NCBI GenBank assembly: GCA_965153285.1
Contig: OZ229117.1
DNA length: 64,000 bases
Reading direction: 5' to 3' (one strand)
Source of the DNA: Podarcis tiliguerta
Taxonomy: Eukaryota
Shown here: positions 34,739-47,624 of the stretch, piece by piece
Position numbering within the stretch: the first letter of the stretch is position 1
Layout: each line of letters opens with the position of its first letter
Program-made: the position numbers and the translations under genes
The notes under the pieces: model-generated
Seen by the model: only the letters and a program-made list of their open reading frames with translations
Told to the model about the DNA's origin: nothing
Database searches by the model: none

Positions 34739-35834
34739 CTGAGGGGGGAAAGCACACAGTAATAAGACAGAACAATCATAAGCTTCCATGGTGCCTCAAT
34801 GAAACAACACTCTGAAAACTGTTTAACATTTAAACCACACCAACTGCAACATTGGATCCCTATCCCATTAAGGCACGTTGAATTTTTCAACTTACAAATT
34901 CCAAAAATGAGGGGTGCTAAAAAGTTGTAAAATGACTTGGAAATTCAAAAGATATTTTGATTAAATTAATATGATTTAGTTTTACTTGGCAACTAACGAC
35001 ATAAAATATTGACCTTTTGTTTTTGTACAACTTCCAATAAATTTTAGCTTCTTATAAAAAATATGTAAAAATGTGTGTAAAATTGAGTATCATAAAACAT
35101 GATTGCCAAGTACTTGCAGTTATATATGACCCCGCATAATGGACAATTAAAAAAGCACAAGCAGCAAGAAGGCGGCTTACTAAATATAAGCAGAGAAGTA
35201 AGCAGGATGCTTCAATACCATCAAATGAAATAATTTTTTTGGCTGATAGAAATGAATAATAGCCAAGGTGGAAATGATGGAAGTTATGAACTGGCAATAG
35301 AAAAATCAACTACACCTTCCACTTTGAATAAAAAGACAGAGTACAACATATTAGAAATAAATAATTTTGCTATGCAGGGCATTAGATATGCTGTTGACCA
35401 GCTCACCACAGCTCACCACAGATTTGTAGTTGATCACAATAAAATCAAGAGAGCCCAAGAAAAAGATATCAAATCCCTGAATCAGGAATCTGATTATCTT
35501 TGTCAGAAAGGGTGAAATTGACTGGTTCAACATCAAAGTAAAGCACTCAATGGAAGACCCACACCACATCTTGTTTCAGCTGCAACAAGTTAGGCTGCAA
35601 AAGAAGGCTGTGGTGGATGCCGTTTTACCAACCATTCAGCACTCAGCATGGTATGCATTTAGCAAAATGATAATCCAGACACTCTTGGGCTCAGAGAGCA
35701 GTGGGAAGAGGAAAGCTCGTGTCTGAGAGATCATTAACTTGAGGGGTAGAGTTGATCTTTTAATAAAAGTTTTGTCAAATAAAAGTTTTGCAGAACCCCC
35801 CCCCCAATCACCAGCTCTCTATGCCACCACTTAC

Positions 35835-35980
35835 CTTAAAGACTGGAGGAGCCCTTTTTTCAGCTGTAAGTGCCATGGGAGCACCCTCTTCACTCTTGAT
35901 CACACTGTTTGGCCTGAGTGGCGTTATCAAGGCACTGGGAAGAATATTTACCTTGTCCAGGTTACAGCCACTGGTGTTCA
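35835..35980 (-). CDS. NFAT5: NFAT5 exon 12 (VNTSGCNLDKVNILPSALITPL...VFK)
   Basis: 146 bp, AG/GT, GCNLDKVN motif. Confidence 0.92.
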
Positions 35981-38039
35981 CTGCAGCAGAGAACAAACAC
36001 AGTCTTACTGGTGTCCTGAAGGATAGCCACAGGGACTGAGAATAAGAGGACTGGTTGCTAGGGCTACCCCTCCACTCTCCAGAAATTAGGTTGTAAACAG
36101 CAACAAGCATCTGAATACATAGCACTGCCACAGAGTATTTATACATCTGGTAAAATAAGTCCCTATATGGCAAGGACTATACTAGTATGCTACAACAAAT
36201 ACAAGGCCATGTGGCAACTCACATTTGACAAAGTGATCTCAAGCCCATTATTCCACAGTAAGTGTGTTCATCTTTAAGATGCTACAAGATTGTTTTGTGA
36301 GTAATTTGATGGAAAGAGTAATATTGATGCTTTCAGCTCTCCTTACCAAACAGGGATCTAGGAAGTTGCCTTATACAGAGTGAGACCATTAGTCCATCTA
36401 CAGTACTTTAGCTTTACTAATGGTTTTCCAGGGTTTCAGACAGTAAACTTTCCAAGCGCTACCTAGAGGTGACAAGGATTGAAACTGGGACCTTCTGTAT
36501 ACAAATCAGATGGTCTACCACTGAGCGACAGCTCATCTTCTGAAGAGCCATAAAGTTGCTATTACAGGAAAAATCACCCTGATCTCTGATGTCCATCCAT
36601 TTGCAAGCCACCAAGTTTCCCCATTCTGTTCTTTCAAATTGCATCAGCTTTTGCCAGAACACATCAAATGTTCAACTTCTTGCTTATATTAAGGGTTTTA
36701 AGTAAAGGTGAAAGTAGTAAAATAAGGGCATGAAGGAAATAGCAGTAATTTGCAAGTGTCTTTTATCAGCTGAAGAATTGTTTTCTATAGAAATAATCCA
36801 ACAAACAACTTGTACAAGCCTGCAAGTGATGAGCACCAGTTGTTTGAGCCAAATGGCATCAGCATTTCACTGTGACTGATGAAGCATATGTAATTAACTG
36901 CAAGAATTCCAGGCTGATACAAGGAAAGGAGAAGGGATGAATTGGGATCAAAAACATAATCCTGTGCACAGAAAAGTGGGTGAAATATTTGACTCAAAGC
37001 ATAACGAAGAACAAACTAAGTACAACACTGCCACATTTATCATCACACACTTCATGTAGGCCAAGTCACACAATTATACTGGTCAATACATAAATTAGTT
37101 CTGGAGAAAGAACGAATATGCCCTACACATACAAGCCCAATGGGAAACACTCAAATGCAAAATTGAAGCCAAGATTGGAGAAGTGTCATAAATTCAATGG
37201 TAGCTGCTCTGCATGCAGAAGGTCCCAGGTCTAATCCCCACCATCTCTAGGTAGGACTGGGAAAGAATCCCGTCTGTGACTCTGAAGAACTGCTGCCAAT
37301 CAATGTAGAAACTGCTGAGCTAAATCGACAAATAATCAGTGAATGTATGAGAACATCTCCTGTTCCTAGTGAGTTGGAAACATTCCAGAACAGCTATGCT
37401 GAATCTTTTCCAGCTGCAGCCCTGGAAGCCTGACGAACTCATGACCTTACTATTTATGCTGCTTTGCTTCAAAAACACATGCTCTTGAGCAGCTTCTGAA
37501 ATTTAATTAGCTTCAGCAAACAATTCACTTAGTAAGAGCACACAAATCAACAGGGCCTGCCACTATAGTACACACAGAGTAGTAAAGACAACTGCAAAGC
37601 AAGTACTATGAATAATTTATTCTCTATTTTTATTTGAGTGGTGAGCTTTGCACTAGCAATACAACTCTTATGTCAACATTTTCATGAAACAGTTTAGAAA
37701 GTTATCTGCACTAACTTCATGTTTAGTCAGGACTTTTAACCACTTGTGGAATTAATATGTATTAGAAACAGCAACACTAGAGTAATTGCAAGATTAAAGC
37801 CCCAGCATATACCACTGTCTCTGCGACCAGGAGTCTTAGGCTGCAATCATATGCACACTTACTTAAGAGTAAGCCCCCCTGAGCTCAAAGCGATTTACTT
37901 CTGAGTTGACATGCAAAGGACTACACTCTTAATTTGTGATCACAATAAAGCTCTTACGAAAATCTCTCTGAAAGGTCTGCAGAAAATTGGTGTAAGTTAG
38001 AACTCAAAGAGATTAATACCACTGCTAAGAATTAGATAC

Positions 38040-38117
38040 CTTTGATAGCATCATCAAAAGAGCAAGGCTGGGTTGGACTGGGTATTTCCTGCTTCACGTT
38101 CACATTCAGAGTACCAG
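38040..38117 (-). CDS. NFAT5: NFAT5 exon 11 ([26 protein letters not shown])
   Basis: 78 bp, symmetric phase 1, VKQE SUMO-consensus motif. Confidence 0.88.
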
Positions 38118-38511
38118 CTGCAAATGCAAAAGACACTGTTGACTTTCAGAACAGATGTAAAGCAAAGTGTTCCCCCGTAAGGTGAAAGGTACATTTTAAA
38201 GGTTTATCTCTATTTTCATGTGCGCAGTGGTGGGGGAGACCTTAACTCAGGTCTTTGTAATACGGTGTAGCCCCAAACTCATCTTCCTCCCATAAACCCT
38301 TCAAGCTTCAGAGAGACAGGCTCTCTTCAAAGAATGAGAGCACGTCCCTGGTGTGCAGCTATCAGGTCAAGTAGTGCAAGAGGTGTTGCCCACCCAACAG
38401 TCTTGCTTTCTTCCTCAGCCTCTTCCAAAGCTATAACAATTAAATACAAGAAAAACTGTGCAGAAGTATTTGCCAAGGGCCATCTCTACAGCTTCATCAT
38501 TTTCAACATAC

Positions 38512-38644
38512 ATGTATCAGGAGTGTAAGTAAATGGCTGTATGTCATGTGATCTTCCAGCATTGGTCACCACATAGATCCCCACAGAAACCGGGGCAGTT
38601 ATTTGCTGGTCGTGATATGGCGGCACCTTCACAATTAGATGATT
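38512..38644 (-). CDS. NFAT5: NFAT5 exon 10, IPT domain ([44 protein letters not shown])
   Basis: 133 bp, AG/GT, IPT motif. Confidence 0.95.
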
Positions 38645-40032
38645 CTAAATCCAAAAAAGAAGAAGTTTGTTAGAGCAGACACCTTACCAACTTATATCTT
38701 CACAGACTAACACTACAAGACCTGATCATAAGAAGTAAAGATTGCATTGGAGGTACCAAGGATCTGCTGGGAAATCTACCCAGCTACAAATTGTAAAGCT
38801 GAATCTCTTGAACATACCTATCAGTAGCGAGAGCACACAGGAGAAAAGTCTTTACTCAACATAATCTTCCTATCTCTGCTATTACAATCTTCTTAATTTC
38901 AGAAAACCTGCACATAAACAGCAAGTCACTGTTTCCTTGTTTTGCTTTGCTATAGCTTCCACTGCTCATCCACCAAAATGCCAGTCAGGGACTTAGGTTG
39001 TGCAGTGGCAGCAATGAAATAACTACAGGGAGGTGATTTTGAGGTTCCGCAGCAACTAGTAGTATTCAGAAGCAGGCCAGAGGTAGTATGTAGCCACAAA
39101 TAACCTTATTCTCCATTAATTTGTCTAGCCTCCTTTTAAAGCTGTCAAAGTTGACAGCCATTACCACATATTGTGATATGAAATTCTATAGATAACTTTG
39201 CTGGGGATGGGGAGGCAGACATAATACCCAGCAGTTTATGTGCATTATTTGTGACTAAATCTGAAATGATTTCCTCACCCAACAAAAACCTAAGCTTAAT
39301 TTATGATCCATGATAACAGCAGGTTATAAAATTAAATCATAGCCAGAAATATTGGGAAAACAGAAATATTCTGTTTTTAAGTAGTAAATAGCATATGACA
39401 TATATGCAAAATAGAAAAGTAATGATATCTTTATTTGGGTACTTTATCATCACAGAATCTTATAGAAATAATTAATAGTAACTTGGTCTGTTTGGTCCTG
39501 GTAGCTAGGGATGATGGGAGTTGTAGTCAAACAACATCTGGGGACCCAAGGTTGAGAAAGGTTGCTCTAGATATTTTTCCACTCTCAACTGTATTTACCC
39601 TAGATTCTTAAAAACATAATCACCACCTTGCTGGATCAGACATTGACCCAACTAGTCCAGCAGCCTGTTCTCACAGTGGCCAATCAGATGCCTCCATGGG
39701 AAGCAGGGCATGAGCACAAAAAACATGTTATATGGTTACCTTTTTTTTAAAAAAAAGTTTCAACAATTTTATCTTTGTTTTTAATTTATGGTATTATGTA
39801 TATTTGTTTTTATTGGTTTGTTTGACAAAAAAATAAGCCACATGAAGGCAGCTTTTGTAGCAAATTTACCCTTTTAAACTTGGGCATAAAGTGCTTGGAA
39901 TTCGTATTTCAACTTCATATATGCTTTCTAAATCCTCCCTTCCAAATATATGATAAGAGGAAAAATTCTTTAGCAATTCCTCAGGCATAAATGAACAACT
40001 GTATCCCAACTATGAACAAGGAAGATTTTATA

Positions 40033-40390
40033 CAGTGGTGCCCCGCAAGACGAATGCCTCGCAAGACGGAAAACCCGCTAGACGAAAGGGTTTTCCGTTT
40101 TGGAGGTGCTTCGCAGGACGAATTTGCTATGGGCTTGCTTCGCAAGACGAAAATGTCTTGCGATTCCTGGGGTGTTTTTTTCGCTCCCTACCCCCCTTTT
40201 TCTAAGGCACTAAGCTGCTAATAGCCTTTTAGCAGCTAATCCGCTAATCCCTTAAGCCTTTAATAGCCGCTAATAGCCGCTAAACCGCTAATAGCGCTAA
40301 TCCGCTAATGGGCTTGCTTTGCAAGACGAAAAAACCGCTAGATGAAGAGACTCACGGAACGGATTCTTTTCGTCTTGCGAGGCACCACTG
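40033..40390. mobile_element. Tc1/mariner-pogo (Tigger-like) MITE
   Basis: TIRs CAGTGGTGCC(C/T)CGCAAGACGAA at both ends, TA TSD, CpG-rich. Confidence 0.9.
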
Positions 40391-40426
40391 TATCTGGATT
40401 TCTGTGCATTTTTAAAAAGCATGTAC

Positions 40427-40479
40427 CTGATGAAACAGCTCCATGTCAATTTCTGCTTCCCCTTTCCAAGAGTTTTCAT
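40427..40479 (-). CDS. NFAT5: NFAT5 exon 9 ([18 protein letters not shown])
   Basis: 53 bp, AG/GT. Confidence 0.93.
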
Positions 40480-40666
40480 CTGTTTGAAAGCAAAAGAGAG
40501 TAGAATTACTGCACAAGCTCAGCTAAGTTTATTCATTGTCAGGGAAGCTGGTCACAAGAACCTCCTTGGCTACCTGCAGAGGCAGTCGTTAGCCCAACTC
40601 CATCCACAATGGTCTTCCCACCCCTCACCTCCATTCTCAGCCTGAGTATGTATGTATAGTTCTCAC

Positions 40667-40801
40667 CAGACATATTCTCTTGAAAGATCACTTTTGTTCC
40701 CTTCAGAAAGTTCTTGCCAATTAAAAAGACTTCCTCTTCTCCCTTCACAGAACAACTGTGCAGGCTTTTCTTTAGAATCTCTGGTACACCAGCTGGCTGA
40801 G
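40667..40801 (-). CDS. NFAT5: NFAT5 exon 8 ([45 protein letters not shown])
   Basis: 135 bp, AG/GT, start of the IPT/dimerisation domain. Confidence 0.95.
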
Positions 40802-40937
40802 CTACAAATTGAAAAAGAGAAGGGATATTTATTATATACACCCCCACACCTGCAACTTAATGCCAAAATGGGCTTCTAAGTGGTTTAACTGACAACATGC
40901 AAAAAGTTGGCATCATCTCCCAAGGTCTCAATCTGGA

Positions 40938-41345
40938 ATAATAATAATAATAATAATTTATTATTTATACCCAGCCCATCTGGCTGGGTTTCCCTAGCCA
41001 CTCTGGGCGGCTTCCAAAAGAATATTAAAATACTGTGATACATCAAACATTAAAAGCTTCCCTAAACAGGGCTGCCTTCAGATGTCTTCTAAAAGTCTGG
41101 TAGTTGTTGTTCTCTTTGACATCTGATGGGAGGGCGTTCCACAGGGAGGGCGCCACTACCGAGAAGGCCCTCTGCCTGGTTCCCTGTAACTTGGCTTCTC
41201 GCAGTGAGGGAACCGCCAGAAGGCTCTCGGTGCTGGACCTCAGTGTCCGGGTAGAGCGATGGGGGTGGAGACGCTCCTTCAGGTATACTGGACCGAGGCC
41301 GTTTAGGGCTTTAAAGGTCAACACCAACACTTTGAATTGTGCTCG
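40938..41345 (-). mobile_element. L2 LINE 3' end with (ATT)n tail
   Basis: ORF2 C-terminus LTFKALNGLGP..L..RL...RAFSVVAPSLWNALP...FRRHLKAALF typical of L2; (AAT)n tail at 40938-40957. Confidence 0.85.
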
Positions 41346-42242
41346 TCATTTGGCTTGCATGGCATATAGGAAAGCAGAACTTACAGTGATTCTGCTTGGG
41401 TGTAGCAAAGCATGCCCATCCTTTAATTCATCAGAGATAAGCACAGCGCAACTCTCCTGGGAATTGGCACATGACTGTAGTCTACTAGAATGTGCTCATC
41501 ATAGCATTCCCCCCCTAGGTAACACTGAAGTAAAATAGCACTAGTTCTCTCTTTTATAAATGGGCTAGTGCAAGGAGTTTCAAAAATGAACCAACTGTCA
41601 TAAACAACATCTTAGAGGCCTTTAAAATTTGTCTCACAACAAGGTCCATAACAATTGGCTGGACATGTACATACAGTCTTCAGCAAGTTTCCAAATACAA
41701 ATAAGCTTTATATCAATATTACACAAAAGTTAGTCATTTTGCCCAGATGCAAAAAGTTGGCATTTTAAACACAACTGTAGTTTTAAGCCTCAAGCCAGCA
41801 ACAAATAATTCAAACCACAGAAGCAGGCTATCTCAGGCTAGAAACAGTAATTTTCCTTTGCCAAAGTCCTATGATACATGCCACACTCCTATTCCAACTA
41901 TGTGCACTGCTTGTGGATTGACAGGGCACACTGTTAAATTTGGATGTAGGCCAGATCCCCTACACCCAAGTTTTGGTTAACACTGAAAATAGATCAATGA
42001 GGGAACCAATTAGATATGCTATAAGCCTACACAGAAAAAGTAATTTCATTTAAAGCAGCATGAGGACTCCTAGCAACACAGACACACATGAAAGCTAAGG
42101 TCTAGGCAATTTATTTGGTTTATTTGGGTTGTTCGTTCTATTTTGTTATTAAAGCAGAAAATGAAATGCAGGGCAACTGAATTAACAGGAGACCCAAAGC
42201 CCCAGCAAGATGGGACTCAAAGAGTTTGACTTTACAACTTAC

Positions 42243-42415
42243 TGCACAGAATTGGTGAGGACGGCGTCTGCAGGGTCAGAATGGAACCATCCTTCCGAGT
42301 GATGTTAACACGGAACACTAGCCTGGCCCGAGTGCTTTTTTTCTTGGAGCCAGCGATGCCTATTCGAGCTTCAACATCTGCATTTCTCAGTTTCAGTATT
42401 CCAACACAGTCCACC
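42243..42415 (-). CDS. NFAT5: NFAT5 exon 7, Rel homology domain ([19 protein letters not shown]...SSPILC)
   Basis: 173 bp, [18 protein letters not shown]. Confidence 0.96.
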
Positions 42416-44416
42416 CTAGCAACACAAGATTAAAGTTACCTACCCAACTTGCTTTCAAAGAGGCCACTTAAGTTTTGCCAAGGTATGTAAAACAGCAAAC
42501 TTCCTAGGTCTCCAGGCACATGGGTATTTAACCCAAGCGAGAGTTGCCCATATAAACACTACAGGTGCATGTGCCTCTACAGCTGCAAAGATGATGGAAG
42601 CAGCCACAAAAAGCTCCCTCACCTCCAAGCTCTGCAGCAACAGCTACTGTCAAAAGAGCAAGCCTTAAATTGGAGAGAGGTGTGTGCTAATACCTCTGCT
42701 AAGGCAAACAGTCACTTGCTGGCCTTGGGAAATTCATTTTCAGTCTCTCTCCACCTCTCCCATAAAAAGGGGGCACAGCAGCTTGCCTACTAGGTGTGTT
42801 AAGAGGATGGCAGGCAATCACTTTGCATATTATTCAATGTAGCTAAAATGTTCTTTTAAATGTGTTTGTGAGAAGGGGGGTATTGGTTTTTTTTGTTTTT
42901 GTTTTTATTATGTATTTTGTGTTTTCAATTTCTATTTTTATGCTGCGAACATTTTATGCTGTGAAAATTAATCTTAACTACGGAAGTGTGAAATCCAAAA
43001 GAGGCTGCTTTACGCAAAGTTTATTTGGCTTCCATGCAATGTGCCTCTAACAAAGAACAGCTGCAGGTGGGTTCTTAAACCTATACACAAATTTCTTTGG
43101 TACAATAGTTTGAAAATAGAAATAATTTTAAGCTTTGTCATGCAACTGGCACAAATAAAAACAAGAACCATGACCCAAGAATCCACAACAATGCCCAAAG
43201 TAAGCAATTTGTATTATGGCCAAATACTTCCAAAATATCTTTTTTCAGAAACTAAAATAACCACCTAAATGCTACCTCCCCAGAACATTTGTTATAAAAT
43301 GCATTCATCCTAAATATTCAGAGAGAGTTGGCTAATGCATTCAAATATACCAGAGGGGAAAATAGCATCTTTACAGAAAAGCAAAAGATGGCAGTAGCAC
43401 TTCAGATTCAGCTGAGGCAGATCAGATTTGGTGGCAGACAAGGAAGAGCAATGAATCTGGACAACCCAATTATGCTGGCTGGCTGAGTGCTCATCACTAG
43501 AGCAACCAGTCACTATTCTGAGACTCTTTTGCATCTGTCGCTTGCATAAAGCAAACAGAGAAAACAATGAACTAAGAAATCAGTTCATCAATGAAGCGAA
43601 AAAGTTTTTCAATTCAAATTACTCTCTCTGGTTCCCAGAATATCCATTCTGCATTTTCCCCACCCAAGATGGCCGCAGAAAATTTATTTCAAATGCTGTA
43701 GAGGGAAGTACAAAGCTGCTGTACTTCTTATTCACCAGATACTTGAAAAAATTCAAGCTACACTATGACGCCGACATTATTATTAATAATATTTATTAGT
43801 CACTTTACTCATTAAAATGGCTCAAAGTGAACATGAACAGAAATACTAAACCAATAAAAATAATCACATCAATAAAAAAACTCACATCTATACAAATAAA
43901 AGACAGGTCCAGATCCTGCCCCCCACCCACAAGAGGCCAGAAATCCTTCAAACTAAGGGCCAAAAGCCCAAGCAAAAAGGGGGAAAATGCTTTGCGCTGA
44001 CATGTGAATAGAATTGGACAAAAACTTTGTGTCACCTGCCTCTAGTCTGTGGGCCACAGCAGCTATGTCAAAATAAACATGGAGTTTAAACTGCAGGTTT
44101 ATTCATTGATACTGCCCCCCCATCCAGCCCTACCCATGATCAAAGCAGGAAATGGCAAATCTTTAACTAACTGGTCTTCACAAAAAGGATCATGTAATAT
44201 AGGTCTCAATTCTTCCCACTTCAGACAATTCAACAGATGAGGCCTAGCTCAAAACCAGCTACATGGACCAACAGGTGAGGAATGATCTGGTCTCGTCTTA
44301 GTACACTATTATATCCCATCAATAGACCACAATAGCTTTTAAATTAAAAGGTTGATCCATTTTAGGGAGGGAGTCAAAATACAGATCCCATTACGGAAGC
44401 TGAGATTGACCAAGTC

Positions 44417-44792
44417 CAGAAATGGAAACAGGAGGAATTACCTACGATAGAAGAATGGAGAACTAAAATGATTGATTATGCAGAACTGGACAGAATGACA
44501 GGAAGGATCCAGAATCGACGAGATCAAAGATTTACAGAAGATTGGGAAAAGTTTATCCAATATATGCAAAAACTGAGTGAAAATAAAATTACGTTTGTAA
44601 GCTTTACGGAAGCTCTGTGAGGGGAAAGGGTTAAAAGGGCAGAAATGTGTAAAAAGTAACAATAGGAAGGAACGGCAGACAAATTGAGGGAAGTAAAAAA
44701 AAAAGAAGTAAGATGTAATTAAGATGTATGGAATGTATAAATTTCCTTTTGTATTTGAAAATTAATAAAAATATAATATATATATAAAAAAA
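44417..44792 (+). mobile_element. 5'-truncated L1-clade LINE with poly(A) tail and 15-bp TSD
   Basis: gagattgaccaagtc repeated at 44402-44416 and 44793-44807; ORF2-end-like KWKQEELPTIEEWRTKMIDYAEL; AATAAA and A-rich tail. Confidence 0.85.
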
Positions 44793-45294
44793 GAGATTGA
44801 CCAAGTCACAAGCAATACAAAACTTCCTAGTGCACACACATAAAGCTCCACATGGCAGACAATTTATAAGAGCTTTGTGCTCACTGAAAGACAGCATTGT
44901 TTATTTCATCAGCAGAGTCACCGCTACTGAGCCAGCACTGTGAGAGCACTTCATCTTACAAAACTCTGCTAGTTTCAGATAGCAGCCCAGTTAAGAGCAT
45001 TTTGACAAGAGCACAGCTGATGCATTCACCTAGCCTTGCCACCAGTTCACTGGCAGCTTTCACAGTGTTAACTGGGGAGGCATACTTTAGTCCTGCCTTC
45101 CACCTACCTGCCTTGTATTCTCTTCATCTTATTTCCACGTATCTAAAATGCTTTATAAACATTATATTTATATACATGGTCTTAAAAGTTTTCATTGTAT
45201 ACAATGTGTCAGCCTAAGCAAAGGAGGGAGCAGACTGCCTATCTTTTAGCATCCAACATGCTGGTAAGTAGTCCAATTCAACTGTTAAGATGTA

Positions 45295-45517
45295 CAGTGG
45301 TACCTTGGGTTACAAACACTTCGGGTTACAGACTCCACTAACCTGGAATTAGTACCTCGGGTTTACTTTACTTCAGGATGAGAACAGAAATTGCACACCA
45401 CCGGCGCAGCAGCAACAGGAGGCTCCATTAGCTAAAGTGGTACCTCAGGTTAAGAACGGTTTCAGGTTAAGAATGGACCTCCGGAATGAATAAAGTTCGT
45501 AACCAGAGGTACCACTG
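45295..45517. mobile_element. Tc1/mariner-pogo (Tigger-like) MITE, second family
   Basis: TIRs CAGTGGTACCT..GGTTAC, TA TSD. Confidence 0.88.
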
Positions 45518-45909
45518 TATTGGTACATGAAAGGCTCCTCCACATTCACAGATTTCTAGGCAAGCTGGGGCTGCCCCATTAACTTCAGCAGTAGGAGATG
45601 TTACATGCACTGAAATGCTGTACATATTAGCGTTCTGACACAAAAGTGTCTGCTTACATGCATTTTGTGCAGACCAGAATCCCAAGAGCTCTAGATTGGG
45701 GCCAATGTACAGGAAATAATTTAAGTGTATTCAAGTACTTCCCAGATTTACTGCCTTTTATTGCAATTCAAAATGCCTGATCTGAGTAGAAACAGAATCA
45801 TAAAGAGCTGAAAGGGACCTTAAATTGTCAGGTAATCCAAAGCAGGAAATATGCTGCTACAGAATCACTGAGAGACCCAGAAATAGTACAATGAAAAACA
45901 GTGACTTAC

Positions 45910-46100
45910 GCCAGGGTCATGTTGTTGTTTGGATCCAAGCCCACCTCAATGACGGTGGTACCCTCTATGTCAACTTCTTTGCAGGGTGTGGTGTTTCGTC
46001 CTGTAACCCTGCAGGCCTGATAGAATCCATGAGGTTTCACCCGACCAGAGTCATTCCCCACAAAGACCTGCAGCGTCACAGCCTCATTGTGACCTTCCAG
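45910..46100 (-). CDS. NFAT5: NFAT5 exon 6, RHD ([40 protein letters not shown]...NMTL)
   Basis: 191 bp, [16 protein letters not shown]; missing from the ORF track. Confidence 0.96.
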
Positions 46101-47431
46101 CTACAACCATAAAACAGGGAGGAAAGCGTTAATAGACTACAACAGGCAATGCAAATAATTTGCAAATATTACAATGTAAAGGTATTTTGAACATCAGAAC
46201 ACTAGTTAGTGTTAAAACCCAGTGGTGCACTGAAAGTCTTCTCTTTTCCAAAATAACAGCTCAACTCTTCAGTTGTTTCAGGCTATGTTAAACCAATTTA
46301 ATTCCAGTTAATTCCAGTGCAATATCTCAGTTATACTTCCCTGAGTCCATCAAGCAGGAATCAGAATCCTTGCTTATAAATAGCAAATGTGCAATTTAGT
46401 CCCAAACTGAAATCCTTTCATCTTTATTCCAGTGTGTTTATTGTATTTAATTATGTATCCATTCAGAAACAGTGGCATTTTCAAAAACCTATTAGAAATT
46501 AATGGACTTTCTAAACATGTAGTTATAAAATACAGAAACACCATCACAAAACAGTCCTAAACACTTCTAGATTATAAATTCTTCAGAAACTGTACATGCA
46601 CAAAAACATATAAAAGCAATTCAGTCTGTACACTATTAAGATACAACATCTTTCAAACTTTATATTTGCTCAGAAAGTGATGTAGTTAAGTGATTGAAAT
46701 ATCTCTCCCCAAATAATCCATGCTATTTTTTGTTCTATTAAGAGTTTAACACCCACAAATATTCAAGGGCAACATGAGCAAAACAGAGAGCAATGATTTC
46801 CCCACCAGCTGGATTAATAGCATTTTGTAATTCCTTGGTGCACTGTGGGGCTAAACACTGATGCCCTAAAAGTCTGTCCATACGCCAGGCTAAAAGTTAG
46901 AAAGGCATTGTAGGTACAGAGCCCCATTCAGTTTTAGCACAGTCTTTGAGGGCTTCCTCACACCTTTTTCTGATGCACTACATCACAGCTTGCCTAGTTT
47001 CTGATGAACAGCCCCATAGACAGTGCTCTGTGCATTCATTTAACCGTTAATTGCTGAGAGCAGCTATTGGTCTATATTTACACATCCTCCACTCAACAAG
47101 AAAGGCTGCTCTGTACTAAACTAAGAAACATCCAGACCTCTACTCTCCAAACAACACAAAAGCCACATCCCTGAGAAATATGGAACTATATACACAGATT
47201 CTAAATTAGTGCAATTTACAACTTAGAATGACAACATCAATACTGAAAAACACACCGTGGCACTGGCAACAGTTTGTCACTGCAGGGAAACCCATGATGC
47301 CATGGAGGACCTAGTATGTTTGTCTTTTGGCCAGAGTCAGGTTTGGCTGGGGGTGAAGAACTGGATTTTCACTTACCATAAATGGCAGCACACTCCTGAA
47401 TTGGCCCACCCCAAAAATTGAATTGGCCTAC

Positions 47432-47624
47432 CTTTACGGTGGGGAATCCTTGTTGTGTTCTGTCTTTCACCGAGCCCCGACTGCCCTCAGTTAGGTAGCG
47501 AGCTCTGTGCTGTGTCTCTGGCTGCACCATTATCTTCAGCTCCTTGCCTTCACTTTTACCAGGGTACTGACCACATAACATAGGACTCTTCTTGCCTCCA
47601 GTTGTTTTTGGGGTTTCTGATGTT
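47432..47624 (-). CDS. NFAT5: NFAT5 exon 5, RHD DNA-recognition loop ([31 protein letters not shown])
   Basis: 193 bp, [16 protein letters not shown] is diagnostic of NFAT5. Confidence 0.96.

Noticed and set aside
32298-34815. Antisense and alternate-frame ORFs within the large NFAT5 exon
   Set aside because: By-products of CAG-rich coding sequence (poly-L/S/A/C)
35252-35515. 87-aa plus-strand ORF in NFAT5 intron 12 (also 62930-63209 and 43542-43799)
   Set aside because: No recognisable domain or splice context; at most decayed TE sequence
40215-40310. Short regularly spaced repeats suggestive of a CRISPR-like array
   Set aside because: Eukaryotic DNA, no unique spacers; internal minisatellite of a MITE
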